DNA of 32,325 bases from positions 1 through 32,325 of the IMG/VR virus record IMGVR_UViG_3300006025_000025; one strand, given 5' to 3'. This document shows positions 17,145 through 26,814 of this stretch, one piece after another; positions within the stretch are counted from its first letter, which is position 1, and every line of letters starts with the position of its first letter. The notes under the pieces were generated by a model. That model saw nothing but the letters and a program-made list of their open reading frames with translations. It made no database searches and was not told where the DNA came from. The position numbers and the translations under genes are program-made. The DNA is from a virus (Duplodnaviria > Caudoviricetes).

Positions 17145-18336
17145 TTGGTATAACAAGGCTCGTAAGAATCAAATTGTATCTGAATCAGATAAATACAATA
17201 TTCATTTATTTCTAGCAGGTAGAGGTTGGGGTAAAACCTTAACAGGTGCATATGATATTATTCAATACTGTTTAGAGAATAGAGGTGTTGTATGTGGTGT
17301 AATAGCACCTACATATGGAGATTTAAAAAGGGTTGTCTTTGCAGGTGATAGTGGATTCATAAGAATATTAAACCCTGATTTATTAAACACTACAGGTTAT
17401 AACAAATCAGATAGTGAAATACATTTCTACAATGGTAGTAAGATTATTGGATTCCCTGCTATCGAGCCTGACAGACTTCGTGGTGTTCAGTTTCATAGAG
17501 CATGGTGTGATGAGTTAGCATCATGGAGATATAGAGAAACATTTGATAACTTGATGATGGCATTACGACTAGGACATAACCCTAAGTGCATTATTACAAC
17601 AACACCAAGACCAACCAAGCTTATAAAAGAATTAGCTAAAAGAGAAGATACAGAAGTTATTAGTGGTAGTACATTTGAGAATATAGATAATCTTGCACCA
17701 TCAGCAATAGCCATGCTCAAAGAACGATATGAAGGAACAAGGATAGGTAGACAAGAGTTATTTGCTGAGATACTCGAAGATGTAGAAGGTGCATTATTCA
17801 ATGGTCAGCTAATAGAAGATAACAGGGTAAGAGATATACCTGATTTAGAAAGAATCGTTGTAGCTATTGACCCTGCTGTTACAGCAAATGAAAACTCAGA
17901 TGAAACAGGAATCATTGTTGCAGGTAGAACTTCTGATAATCACTTTTATATTTTACAAGATGCATCACAGACCACATCACCTGATGTATGGGTTAAGAAA
18001 GCAATAGAATTATACAATCGGTACGAATGTGATAGAATCGTAGCAGAGGTAAACAATGGTGGAGATTTAATTGAACGACTTTTACGAACACAAGACAGCA
18101 CAGTTCCCTACACAAGTGTTCGTGCAACAAGAGGAAAACAAGTCAGAGCAGAACCTATTTCAGCATTGTATGAACAAAACAGAGTGCATCATGTTGGGTA
18201 TTTCAAGGATTTAGAAGAACAAATGTGTCAATTCACAGGAAATAATGTAAAATCTCATGATGATAGGGTTGATGCATTGGTGTGGGCTATTACTTCATTG
18301 CAAAGCTCAGGTAAAGCAATTTTTAGGATAAGTTAA
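17065..18336 (+). CDS. terL: Terminase large subunit
   Basis: AGRGWGKT, LRG, WCDE, TTTP, VAIDPA, SDETG, DDRVDA. Confidence 0.95.
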   Translation: MNNLENSYPIFEKLNYQRKIATNLLTDWYNKARKNQIVSESDKYNIHLFLAGRGWGKTLTGAYDIIQYCLENRGVVCGVIAPTYGDLKRVVFAGDSGFIRILNPDLLNTTGYNKSDSEIHFYNGSKIIGFPAIEPDRLRGVQFHRAWCDELASWRYRETFDNLMMALRLGHNPKCIITTTPRPTKLIKELAKREDTEVISGSTFENIDNLAPSAIAMLKERYEGTRIGRQELFAEILEDVEGALFNGQLIEDNRVRDIPDLERIVVAIDPAVTANENSDETGIIVAGRTSDNHFYILQDASQTTSPDVWVKKAIELYNRYECDRIVAEVNNGGDLIERLLRTQDSTVPYTSVRATRGKQVRAEPISALYEQNRVHHVGYFKDLEEQMCQFTGNNVKSHDDRVDALVWAITSLQSSGKAIFRIS

Positions 18337-18338
18337 AC

Positions 18339-20483
18339 ATGGGATTATTTGACAGATTTTTTAAGCAAGAAGAAAAACCAACACAAAAGAAAGAAGCACC
18401 TAAAGTTATGTTCAATAAACTTAGTGCTTATTCATCTAAGACAAACAGAAGATATAAAGATTATGCAAAGGATGGCTACCAAGAAAATGCTATCGTACAT
18501 AGATGCATACAACTAATCTCAAACTCTGCATCAGCAGTTAAGATTGATGTATTTAGTGACCAAACAAAATTAGACAACCACGAATTAATTTCACTACTTA
18601 ACCGACCAAACCCATTACAGTCAGGTGTAGAGTATTTCTCATCTCTATATTCCTATTTGTTAATCTCAGGTAATTCATATCTGCTCAGAGATACAGAAAG
18701 CTTTACACCACCAAGAGAATTGTATTTATTAAGACCCGATAGAATCGAGATTAAAGCAGGTACATCAGTAATACCTGAAAGTTATAACTATGTTATCGAT
18801 GGCAGAACTGAATCTGTTTATCCTGTAGACCAAAAGACAGGACAAGGACAAATCAAACAAATTAAGCTTTGGTCTCCTTTAGATGATTTTTATGGACTAT
18901 CACCAATTATGGCTAGTGCATACAATATTGACCAACATAACCTTGCAGGGATGCACAATGTGGCATTACTCAAAAATGGGTGTACTCCAAGTGGTATGCT
19001 TAAATTTGAACCCACAGATGAGACAGGGATGTCTACCCAATTAACAGATGAACAACGAGCTAGATTGCTAGAAGATTTAGAGTTTAGGTTTCAAGGAACT
19101 CATAACTCAGGAAGACCGATGTTACTAGAAGGAAACTTCTCATATCAGCAATTAGGCTTGAATCCAAAGGATATGGATTTCTTAGAGTTGCTTAATCTAT
19201 CAGCAAGAGAAATTGCTTTATGTTTCGGTGTACCTGCACAGTTGATTGGTATACCTGATAGTCAAACCTATTCAAACATGGAGACTGCAAAACTTGCACT
19301 CTACGAGGAAACAGTCATACCTTTACTTAAACGTGTAGAATCAGACTTAAATGAATATCTAGCACCACTTTATGAAGGTGATTTAAGAATCCAATATGAT
19401 TTAGATTCTATTCCTGCAATGGCAGAGAAAAGAAAACAAATCTATGAGAATGTAGTACAAGGTGTTAATGCAGGTATTCTAACTCGTAACGAAGCAAGAG
19501 ACAGATTAGGACTTGAAGAAGTATCAGGTGGAGATGAATTATACATTCCATCTAACTTATTCCCAATCGGTGAGACAATGGATTCATCTGAAGATAATGA
19601 TAAACCTGTAGATGTTGATGAAGCAGAGAAAGCTTATGATGAAATCTATGGCACTAAAGAAGAAATATCTAAAGATGTTTACACCACAGAAGATGAAGCT
19701 TTAGACAGAGCAGATGAAATAGGATGTGTTGGTACTCATTCTATGGAACAAAATGGTGAGACAGTTTATATGCCATGCAGAACACATGCTGAATACAATA
19801 GACTTACAGAAGATAAAGCATTATCTGATTTAGATTTAACTCCAACTGATTCAATGGCAGAAGAAGCAAAACGTGGATTAGAATGGAGAAAAGAATTTAA
19901 CAGAGGTGGCACAGCAGTAGGTGTTGCAAGAGCCAATCAATTAATTAGCAAAGAAAGATTATCACCAAATACAGTTTTAAGAATGTATTCATTCTTTTCA
20001 AGACATGAAGTAGATAAGCAAGGACAAGGATTTGACAGAGGTGAAGATGGTTATCCATCAGCAGGTAGAATTGCTTGGGCATTGTGGGGTGGTGATGCAG
20101 GATTTAGTTGGGCTAAGACTAAAAGAAATCAAATCATGAGAGAACGTGAAAAGTCTTTTGATGATATGGAAACTAAAGTTGCAGGTGTATCAGGCTCAAC
20201 TCTTAAAGGTTTAGAAGGGAAAGTAAAAGACCATAACGATAAATATGGAGATGAAAAAGGTAAGAGAGTTACTGTGGGTATGTTAGCTAATGTTTATAAA
20301 CGTGGTGTTGGTGCATATCGTACTAATCCATCATCGGTAAGACCAAGTGTAAGGTCAGAAGAACAATGGGCTATGGCTAGAGTAAACGTATTCTTACAAG
20401 CTGTTAGAACAGGGAAGTTTCCAAGTGGTAAGTTTGATTTAGACTTATTACCTAAAGACCATCCTTTATCTAGCAAAGACTAA
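18339..20483 (+). CDS. HK97-family portal protein with a long C-terminal extension
   Basis: LLNRPNP, GNSY, YGLSP, IALCFGVP, YSN.E, TRNEAR..LGL in the first ~410 aa. Confidence 0.93.
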   Translation: MGLFDRFFKQEEKPTQKKEAPKVMFNKLSAYSSKTNRRYKDYAKDGYQENAIVHRCIQLISNSASAVKIDVFSDQTKLDNHELISLLNRPNPLQSGVEYFSSLYSYLLISGNSYLLRDTESFTPPRELYLLRPDRIEIKAGTSVIPESYNYVIDGRTESVYPVDQKTGQGQIKQIKLWSPLDDFYGLSPIMASAYNIDQHNLAGMHNVALLKNGCTPSGMLKFEPTDETGMSTQLTDEQRARLLEDLEFRFQGTHNSGRPMLLEGNFSYQQLGLNPKDMDFLELLNLSAREIALCFGVPAQLIGIPDSQTYSNMETAKLALYEETVIPLLKRVESDLNEYLAPLYEGDLRIQYDLDSIPAMAEKRKQIYENVVQGVNAGILTRNEARDRLGLEEVSGGDELYIPSNLFPIGETMDSSEDNDKPVDVDEAEKAYDEIYGTKEEISKDVYTTEDEALDRADEIGCVGTHSMEQNGETVYMPCRTHAEYNRLTEDKALSDLDLTPTDSMAEEAKRGLEWRKEFNRGGTAVGVARANQLISKERLSPNTVLRMYSFFSRHEVDKQGQGFDRGEDGYPSAGRIAWALWGGDAGFSWAKTKRNQIMREREKSFDDMETKVAGVSGSTLKGLEGKVKDHNDKYGDEKGKRVTVGMLANVYKRGVGAYRTNPSSVRPSVRSEEQWAMARVNVFLQAVRTGKFPSGKFDLDLLPKDHPLSSKD

Positions 20484-20494
20484 GGAGAAATAAT

Positions 20495-21520
20495 ATGCCA
20501 AGTACTAATAGGTCTAGTATATCACTAGCCACAGCTCATGATATTGTCAGAGCATGGAATCTACCCAACATGACAAAACAAAAAGATGTTTTTGAATATC
20601 TTGGGTTATCTACTGATTCAGGAACAATGTCTTTTTACAGACAACAAGCAGAGGAACTAACAGGTATTCAATTATTACCACACAACAACAATCGTAATGT
20701 AGTTGTTAGAAGTGAACGTGCTAATCTGCCACCACTAACTAATCGTGTAGAGATAACTGACCATCCATATTCAATGCTTGTATTTTCTGATGCACATTTT
20801 GAAGGACACGAAACAGTATCATTTAAGATTATGTGTGAAGTATTAAAAGACTTGGTTAAAACAAGACAACTTAAATGTGTTGTAGCTAATGGTGATATTA
20901 TGGATTTATCTATCCTATCTTCATTTGCAAAGTTTCACACAGAGATAAGACCACAAGAAAGAACTGTACAAAAAGAGATATATGATTCACAAGCTCAAAT
21001 AAACAGACTACAAAAGATTATTGATAAGGCTAAATATCCTATTAAGCAAATAGCAACATTCGGTAATCATGAAACAAGATTATCTAAAGTTGCAATGTCT
21101 TGGGGTAGAGCCTTTGAAGATTTAGAAGCATTTAAGATACAAACCTTATTTCCTGATTGGGATTGGGCTATGTCTCATTTAGTCGATGATACAGTTTTAA
21201 TCAAGCATAGAATGAGAGGTGGTGTACATACTGCTTATCAAAATGCTATGAGGTCAGGTATACATATCGTTACAGGACATACACATCAATTGAACTTCAG
21301 AACATTTAATACCTATTCCACAACATCAATGTCTATACAAACAGGACACTTATCAGAACAATATCATCCTTACCTTGAAGATAATGTTGCAAATGATTGG
21401 AATAATGGATTTGCTGTAATAACGATTGACCCTAAAGAAAAAACAGTTCATCCTGAACTTGTACAAGTAAGCAACCTTCATAGGTCAGCATTCTTTAGAG
21501 GTAAAAAATATACAGTATGA
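20495..21520 (+). CDS. Calcineurin-like metallophosphoesterase
   Basis: SDAH, NGDIMD, GNHE, H, GHTH motifs. Confidence 0.88.
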   Translation: MPSTNRSSISLATAHDIVRAWNLPNMTKQKDVFEYLGLSTDSGTMSFYRQQAEELTGIQLLPHNNNRNVVVRSERANLPPLTNRVEITDHPYSMLVFSDAHFEGHETVSFKIMCEVLKDLVKTRQLKCVVANGDIMDLSILSSFAKFHTEIRPQERTVQKEIYDSQAQINRLQKIIDKAKYPIKQIATFGNHETRLSKVAMSWGRAFEDLEAFKIQTLFPDWDWAMSHLVDDTVLIKHRMRGGVHTAYQNAMRSGIHIVTGHTHQLNFRTFNTYSTTSMSIQTGHLSEQYHPYLEDNVANDWNNGFAVITIDPKEKTVHPELVQVSNLHRSAFFRGKKYTV

Positions 21521-21765
21521 AAGATTATCCACTAGTCATGGTAGATTGGCTAGACCACACAGCAGATGCAAGATGGGTAGAGAACATAGATTCTTGTGAG
21601 CCTGAGCTATGCAGAACGATAGGGTGGCTAATAAAAGAAGATAAGAAGTCATATAAAGTAGCAAATGCAATCACAAAGGAATCAGGTCTTGGTGGCATTT
21701 CTGTTATACTCAAATCCTGTGTAGAGGAAATGTGGATGATAGAGATGGATGATGAAGAAAACTGA
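21517..21765 (+). CDS. Conserved phage hypothetical protein
   Basis: V.WLD.....W, C.TIGWL pattern; ATGA coupling. Confidence 0.65.
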   Translation: MKDYPLVMVDWLDHTADARWVENIDSCEPELCRTIGWLIKEDKKSYKVANAITKESGLGGISVILKSCVEEMWMIEMDDEEN

Positions 21766-22033
21766 AAGGGTATATTTACAGAAAATAGCAGATTTAGGAT
21801 GCATCGTATGTAAGAAACTAGGATATGAGGGTACACCTGCTGAGATACATCATGTTAAAAGATTCGGTGCTAAAAGAGACCACACACAAGTTATACCATT
21901 ATGTCCACATCATCACAGAACAAGTAAAGAATCGTATCATCTCAATCCTTTATGGTTTACAGAGCAGTTTGGTACACAACAAGAACTATTAGAAGAAACT
22001 ATGAGATTAGTCAATGTCGAAAGTCAGGATTAA
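21749..22033 (+). CDS. Ref/DUF968-like HNH zinc nuclease
   Basis: GCIVC, AEIHH, IPLCPHHH, FGTQ.ELL. Confidence 0.8.
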   Translation: MMKKTERVYLQKIADLGCIVCKKLGYEGTPAEIHHVKRFGAKRDHTQVIPLCPHHHRTSKESYHLNPLWFTEQFGTQQELLEETMRLVNVESQD

Positions 22034-22787
22034 CAAAAGAAAAGAATATAAAGAACAACTGAGACTATTTATTACTCTTAGCAATAATGTTAGAAGAAGA
22101 ATCAGAGAACACTTCAGGACTTACACTGATTTAGCTGAATCTTTATTTGATGATTTAGGTCAAGTGCCTAATGAATACTATGAAGATTACTATAACGACT
22201 TATTAAGCATTTTAAGTGATAATGCAAGACAAGTAATCATTACTATGGGTAATCGATTACATAGAACACGATTAACTAAAGCAGAAGATGAAATCGACCC
22301 AATCATTCTTCAATATGTAGGCACTAAAACAGCAGAGAATGTATCTAACATCACAGAGACCACGAGAAAGGGCATACAAGCTGAAATTTCACTAGGTTTA
22401 GAGACAGGGCTATCTAACCCACAGATTTCTAAAAACATTCGAAAAATCACTGCTTTTGCTCCATATAGAGCCACTATGATAGCAAGAACAGAAACACATC
22501 AAGCAATGAACTATGGAAACCAAGAAATTGCTAAAAGATTAGGTCTAACAAGACCACTAAAAGAATGGGCATCAGCTATGGATGAACGTGCTAGACAATG
22601 GCACAAAGATATCGATGGTCAAAGAGTGGGTATTGATAAACCCTTTAAAATAATGACACCTGTTGCAGGTGGTGGTGTGATTGAAAAAGAACTACAATTT
22701 GCAGGAGACCCAAATGGTGGTGCATCTAATACTATAAACTGTAGATGCTTTGTTTTATACTATGATGAAGGAGATATTGTTGAGTAA
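22014..22787 (+). CDS. Minor head protein (Mu F/SPP1 gp7-like)
   Basis: RA.MIARTE, KEW...D.RAR..H, GDP......INCRC. Confidence 0.9.
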   Translation: MSKVRINKRKEYKEQLRLFITLSNNVRRRIREHFRTYTDLAESLFDDLGQVPNEYYEDYYNDLLSILSDNARQVIITMGNRLHRTRLTKAEDEIDPIILQYVGTKTAENVSNITETTRKGIQAEISLGLETGLSNPQISKNIRKITAFAPYRATMIARTETHQAMNYGNQEIAKRLGLTRPLKEWASAMDERARQWHKDIDGQRVGIDKPFKIMTPVAGGGVIEKELQFAGDPNGGASNTINCRCFVLYYDEGDIVE

Positions 22788-22950
22788 GAAACAAGAAGGA
22801 CAACAAAAAAGTCAAGATTACGAAATATTCTATTCAGAGGGTATCAATAAAGGTTTGACCAATGCACAGGCATCTTTATATGCTCATGATTTACTAGCCA
22901 AGAAATACAATTATAAGAATCCTTTCACAATTAAACCAAAATCTATCTAA
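22777..22950 (+). CDS. Small hypothetical protein
   Basis: GAAGGAG before a TTG; fills the gap; start uncertain. Confidence 0.45.
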   Translation: MLSKKQEGQQKSQDYEIFYSEGINKGLTNAQASLYAHDLLAKKYNYKNPFTIKPKSI

Positions 22951-22968
22951 AAAAAATATAAAAAACCT

Positions 22969-23007
22969 TTGACAGACTATATACTTTAGGTATATACTGA
23001 AGGTATA
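22969..23007 (+). promoter_or_regulatory. Sigma70 promoter with two TATAC-N5-GTATA boxes
   Basis: TTGACA (22969), 18 nt, TATACT (22993); boxes at 22980-22994 and 22993-23007; A-rich UP element. Confidence 0.75.
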
Positions 23008-23026
23008 AATTAACTAGGAGAAACAA

Positions 23027-23242
23027 ATGAGAGTAACAAAAAATGAACTAATAGAATTAGTAAAAGAAAAAATAAATTATGTTAAATCTTTCGAGAAAGC
23101 TACATGGGATGCATACTACAAGGCACAAGATGGAGATTGTCCAATTGCTAAACGTGATACTATAGAGGCACTTAATGATTTACACGAAGATTTAGCAAAA
23201 TTCGAAGATAAGCTAGAAAGTTTACAATCAAAAAATAATTAA
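23027..23242 (+). CDS. Stand-alone small helical protein (moron-like)
   Basis: Has its own promoter, RBS AGGAG and terminator. Confidence 0.75.
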   Translation: MRVTKNELIELVKEKINYVKSFEKATWDAYYKAQDGDCPIAKRDTIEALNDLHEDLAKFEDKLESLQSKNN

Positions 23243-23262
23243 TCAGTAATATTGAAAAAGAG

Positions 23263-23290
23263 AGAGCAGACTTAGTTCTGCTCTTTTTTT
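23263..23290 (+). terminator. Intrinsic terminator
   Basis: AGAGCAGA-CTTAGT-TCTGCTCT followed by a T-run. Confidence 0.85.
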
Positions 23291-23291
23291 A

Positions 23292-23321
23292 TTGTTATTA
23301 TAAGTGGTTTATTGTTACAAT
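23292..23321 (+). promoter_or_regulatory. Possible promoter for the head operon
   Basis: TTGTTA, 18 nt, TACAAT with TGn extended -10, just after the terminator. Confidence 0.4.
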
Positions 23322-23377
23322 GACCACAATATACTTGACAGGGATTTCGAGTTATGCCAAATGGACAAGAGGACAAC

Positions 23378-24031
23378 ATGGAAGTTGAACACGACATTTT
23401 AGATTTAGAATGTGAATATAAAGAAATGGAAGCAGAAGATGATGGCTCGTTTGAAGGCTATGCATCTGTATTCAATAACAAAGATTTAGGAAATGATGTC
23501 ATCAGACAAGGTGCATTTACTAAAACTATAACAGGCAGAAAAGCAAGTAGCATTAAATTACTCTACCAACATAAAACAGATGAACCTATCGGTGTCATTG
23601 ATTCCTTAGAAGAAGATAAACGTGGACTAAAAATAAAAGGTCGTTTAGCTATGGGTACACAAAAAGGTAGAGAAGTATTTGAATTAATGAAAATGGGAGC
23701 ATTAGATTCCATGTCAATCGGTTATAGACTTCAACCTGATGGCTATAAATACGATGATAAAAACAAACGTAGAGTAATCAAAGAAGTAGACTTAATGGAA
23801 GTCTCAATGGTTACATTTCCAATGAATCCAAAAGCAAAGATAACGAAAGTTAAATTAGCTGAAATGGATGCTAGAGAGATAGAAGCATACTTACGAGATG
23901 TTGGTGTGATGTCTACTGCTGTAGCTAAGCAAACTGCAAACGTACTATACAAGTCTTATCAAGAGATAAATTTGTACGAACAACGTGATGTTGTTGATAG
24001 TATCAAGCAATTAATCAATAAACTTAACTAA
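23378..24031 (+). CDS. HK97-type prohead protease
   Basis: FEGYASVF, LLYQH, PIG, MSIGY, L.EVS.VTFPMN; start 23378 (alternative 23354). Confidence 0.95.
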   Translation: MEVEHDILDLECEYKEMEAEDDGSFEGYASVFNNKDLGNDVIRQGAFTKTITGRKASSIKLLYQHKTDEPIGVIDSLEEDKRGLKIKGRLAMGTQKGREVFELMKMGALDSMSIGYRLQPDGYKYDDKNKRRVIKEVDLMEVSMVTFPMNPKAKITKVKLAEMDAREIEAYLRDVGVMSTAVAKQTANVLYKSYQEINLYEQRDVVDSIKQLINKLN

Positions 24032-24042
24032 GAGGACTAATA

Positions 24043-25254
24043 ATGTCAGAAGAAATCAAAGTTGTTCTTGATGAGTTAGGCTCTAAATTTGAAGAATTCA
24101 AATCAGAGAACAAAACTCGTTTAGAAGAAATTGAAAAAAAAGGACATGCTGACCCTATTCTCCAAGAAAAAGTTGATAAAATGTCAGATGACATTGCTAA
24201 ACTAGCAGAAGTCAAACAAGCACATGAGATTCAACAAAAAAATCTTGAAGAAGCAACAGCAAAAATTGAAAGTCTAGAAACCATATTAGCTAGACCAAAT
24301 GCTTCTAAATCTGCAGATGTAGATATGCAAGTTAAAGCATTCGGTAAATGGTTAAGAAAAGGTGAAATAGATGAAATGGAAAAGAAAGCACTTTATGAAT
24401 CAGATGATACTCTAGGTGGATTTTATGCACCTACAGAATATGTAGCTGACTTAATCAAAAGTGTAACTGAAATCTCTCCAATTCGTTCTATTGCTAGAGT
24501 AAGACAAACAGATAAACGTGGTATCGAAGTGCCAAAAAGAACAGGTCAATTCTCTGCTTCTTGGGTATCTGAAACAGGTACACGTTCTGAAACAACAGGC
24601 TATACAACAGGTCTACAACAAATCGATGCACACGAACTTTATGCATTAGTAGATATCTCACAAGCTATGCTTGAAGATTCTGCTTTCGATTTAGAATCTG
24701 AAATGGGTTCTGAATTTGCAGAGCAATTTGCTAAAGCAGAAGGTACTGCATTTGTTAGTGGTTCAGGTGTTGGACAACCTTTAGGTTTCACAGATGCATC
24801 AGCTGGTGTTGGTTCAACTAACTCAGGTGATAACTCTGCATTAACAGCTAATGGTCTTTATGACTTAGTTTATGCAATCAAATCTGAATACTTAGGTAAT
24901 GCTCGTTTCGTTATGAACAGAACTACTTTCTCTAAAGTACTTCAATTAGAAGATACAGCAGGACAAAAAGTATTCCATGTTGGTTTAAATCTAGTAAGTG
25001 GAGCTCCTTCTACAATAGCAGGATTCCCATATGTACTAGCAACTGATATGCCAGATGTTGCAGGAAGTGCTAAACCAATAGCATTCGGTGACTTCTCTAG
25101 AGCATACACAGTTGTAGATAGAGTTAATCTATCTATCATGAGAGACCCATACAGCCAAGCTACAAGTGGTAACATCAGATATGTTGCTCGTAGAAGAGTT
25201 GGTGGACAAGTAGTATTAGCTGAAGCAATTCAACTACAAAACATTAGTGCATAA
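24043..25254 (+). CDS. HK97-fold major capsid protein with delta domain
   Basis: Coiled-coil N-terminus, GGFYAP, WVSE, LEDSAFDLE, FGDF, RDPY, RVGG. Confidence 0.96.
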   Translation: MSEEIKVVLDELGSKFEEFKSENKTRLEEIEKKGHADPILQEKVDKMSDDIAKLAEVKQAHEIQQKNLEEATAKIESLETILARPNASKSADVDMQVKAFGKWLRKGEIDEMEKKALYESDDTLGGFYAPTEYVADLIKSVTEISPIRSIARVRQTDKRGIEVPKRTGQFSASWVSETGTRSETTGYTTGLQQIDAHELYALVDISQAMLEDSAFDLESEMGSEFAEQFAKAEGTAFVSGSGVGQPLGFTDASAGVGSTNSGDNSALTANGLYDLVYAIKSEYLGNARFVMNRTTFSKVLQLEDTAGQKVFHVGLNLVSGAPSTIAGFPYVLATDMPDVAGSAKPIAFGDFSRAYTVVDRVNLSIMRDPYSQATSGNIRYVARRRVGGQVVLAEAIQLQNISA

Positions 25255-25265
25255 GGAGATAGCAA

Positions 25266-25697
25266 ATGAGAGACATTTCAAATAGAACTTCAGTTGTTAA
25301 AGCACTTGCTCCTGCAGTTGTAACTGCTGATACAAACGGCTCAACAATCGATTTGCAAGGTTTTAACTCTGCAATGATGGTTATGCATACAGGTATCGAA
25401 GGAGATACATTATCAGGTTCTGTGAAGTTCGACTTTATATTAGAAGAATCAGATAATGGTTCAGATTGGTCAGCTGTTACATCATCTACCGATGTTACAG
25501 AAGGCAGTGTTGATTCTAGTGGTATCTTTTTAACACTTGATGATAATGCTGAAACACCTCAAGTAACCCAAATAGGGTATATAGGTGGTTCTCAGTACAT
25601 CAGAGTTAGAATTGATGCAACAGGAAGCCACAGTAATGGCACACCAATGAGTGCTGTTGTTGTAAAGGGCAACCCTTCTGATTCAGAGGATGCTTAA
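25266..25697 (+). CDS. Probable capsid decoration/cement protein
   Basis: Beta-rich, directly after the capsid gene; IDLQG, LEESD.GS.W, GY.G..QYIR. Confidence 0.6.
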   Translation: MRDISNRTSVVKALAPAVVTADTNGSTIDLQGFNSAMMVMHTGIEGDTLSGSVKFDFILEESDNGSDWSAVTSSTDVTEGSVDSSGIFLTLDDNAETPQVTQIGYIGGSQYIRVRIDATGSHSNGTPMSAVVVKGNPSDSEDA

Positions 25698-25717
25698 TAG
25701 CCTATAACTAGGCACAT

Positions 25718-25750
25718 GGTGGGTAGACTTTGTTATTCGGTCTACCCACC
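25718..25750. other. Strong hairpin after the head genes
   Basis: Perfect 11-bp stem GGTGGGTAGAC/GTCTACCCACC with no U-tract. Confidence 0.7.
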
Positions 25751-25764
25751 GACTGAGGTATACT

Positions 25765-25968
25765 ATGACTGTGAGTACAGCATATACTGAAAAAGAGTTA
25801 GATATAATTAAGGCTATTTATAAAATAGACCCTAAAGCTAAATTTCATATCAAAGGAAGTTTAGAGAGTCGTATCGACTTTTTATATGGTGGAATAGTAT
25901 GGGATACAGAACCTATTTCTTGGGAACAAGTAGTAGAGAAAATGTACGAATTAAATAAAGGTGATTAA
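25765..25968 (+). CDS. Hypothetical protein
   Basis: RBS GAGG. Confidence 0.65.
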   Translation: MTVSTAYTEKELDIIKAIYKIDPKAKFHIKGSLESRIDFLYGGIVWDTEPISWEQVVEKMYELNKGD

Positions 25969-26232
25969 ATGAAAATCAAAATGTTACAAAGAACATTAGG
26001 TTCAGGAAATGCTAGTGGTAATGGCACTAAATGGTATGAAGAAGGTGAAATCATAGATTGCACAGAAGAATGGCAAGTTAAATTAGGTCAGATGTTTTTA
26101 GATGATGGTAAAGCACAAGAACTTAAAATGGTTGAGCCAACTGAAAAGAAAGTAGTTAAAAAGAAAACTGCATCTAAAGAAGATAAACCAAAACTAGTTA
26201 GAAAGAAAACAAAGAAAGCAACCAAGAAGTAA
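25969..26232 (+). CDS. Hypothetical protein with Lys-rich C-terminus
   Basis: RBS AAGGTG; adjacent to the upstream stop. Confidence 0.65.
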   Translation: MKIKMLQRTLGSGNASGNGTKWYEEGEIIDCTEEWQVKLGQMFLDDGKAQELKMVEPTEKKVVKKKTASKEDKPKLVRKKTKKATKK

Positions 26233-26238
26233 TGAGAC

Positions 26239-26811
26239 ATGGCTCGTACTCTAGGCACAGACTTTCAAGCACAACTAGATAGCTCACAGCTAGAGCCTTT
26301 CTTTGCTGTATCAGTAGGTTTCACTATACCACTTAATCTATGGACAGGTTATAACACCATCACTATAGGTGGCACAGAATATTTCCCATCAGGAAACTTA
26401 TTATCTATCAGTCCAATAGATGAATCAGCAGATATCAGAGCCAATGGTGTCAAAATAGCATTATCAGGTTTAGATAGCAGTATTATATCATCAGCACTTA
26501 CAGAAGATTCACAGGGTAAGATTGTAAAGATTTATTTTGGTGTATTAGAAACAGCATCTAATGCTACAGCAGTAGTAGATACTCCATATCAAGCATTTGA
26601 AGGTTTTATAGATAGAATGGCTATTGTAGAAGATAGAAATATAGCAGAAATATCAGTCGATGTAGAAAACAAACTTATTATGTTAGAAACACCACTTAAC
26701 AGAAGATATACCGACCAAGACCAAAAGAATTTATTTGCAGGTGATAGAGGATTAGAGTTTGTAGAATCACTACAAGATAAATCAATTGTTTGGGGTGGTG
26801 GCTCTAATTAA
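26239..26811 (+). CDS. Minor tail/baseplate hub protein
   Basis: LWTG, F.G.ID.M, VENKL, RRYT..DQ....GDRG.EFV..LQDK.I.WG. Confidence 0.7.
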   Translation: MARTLGTDFQAQLDSSQLEPFFAVSVGFTIPLNLWTGYNTITIGGTEYFPSGNLLSISPIDESADIRANGVKIALSGLDSSIISSALTEDSQGKIVKIYFGVLETASNATAVVDTPYQAFEGFIDRMAIVEDRNIAEISVDVENKLIMLETPLNRRYTDQDQKNLFAGDRGLEFVESLQDKSIVWGGGSN

Positions 26812-26814
26812 TGC

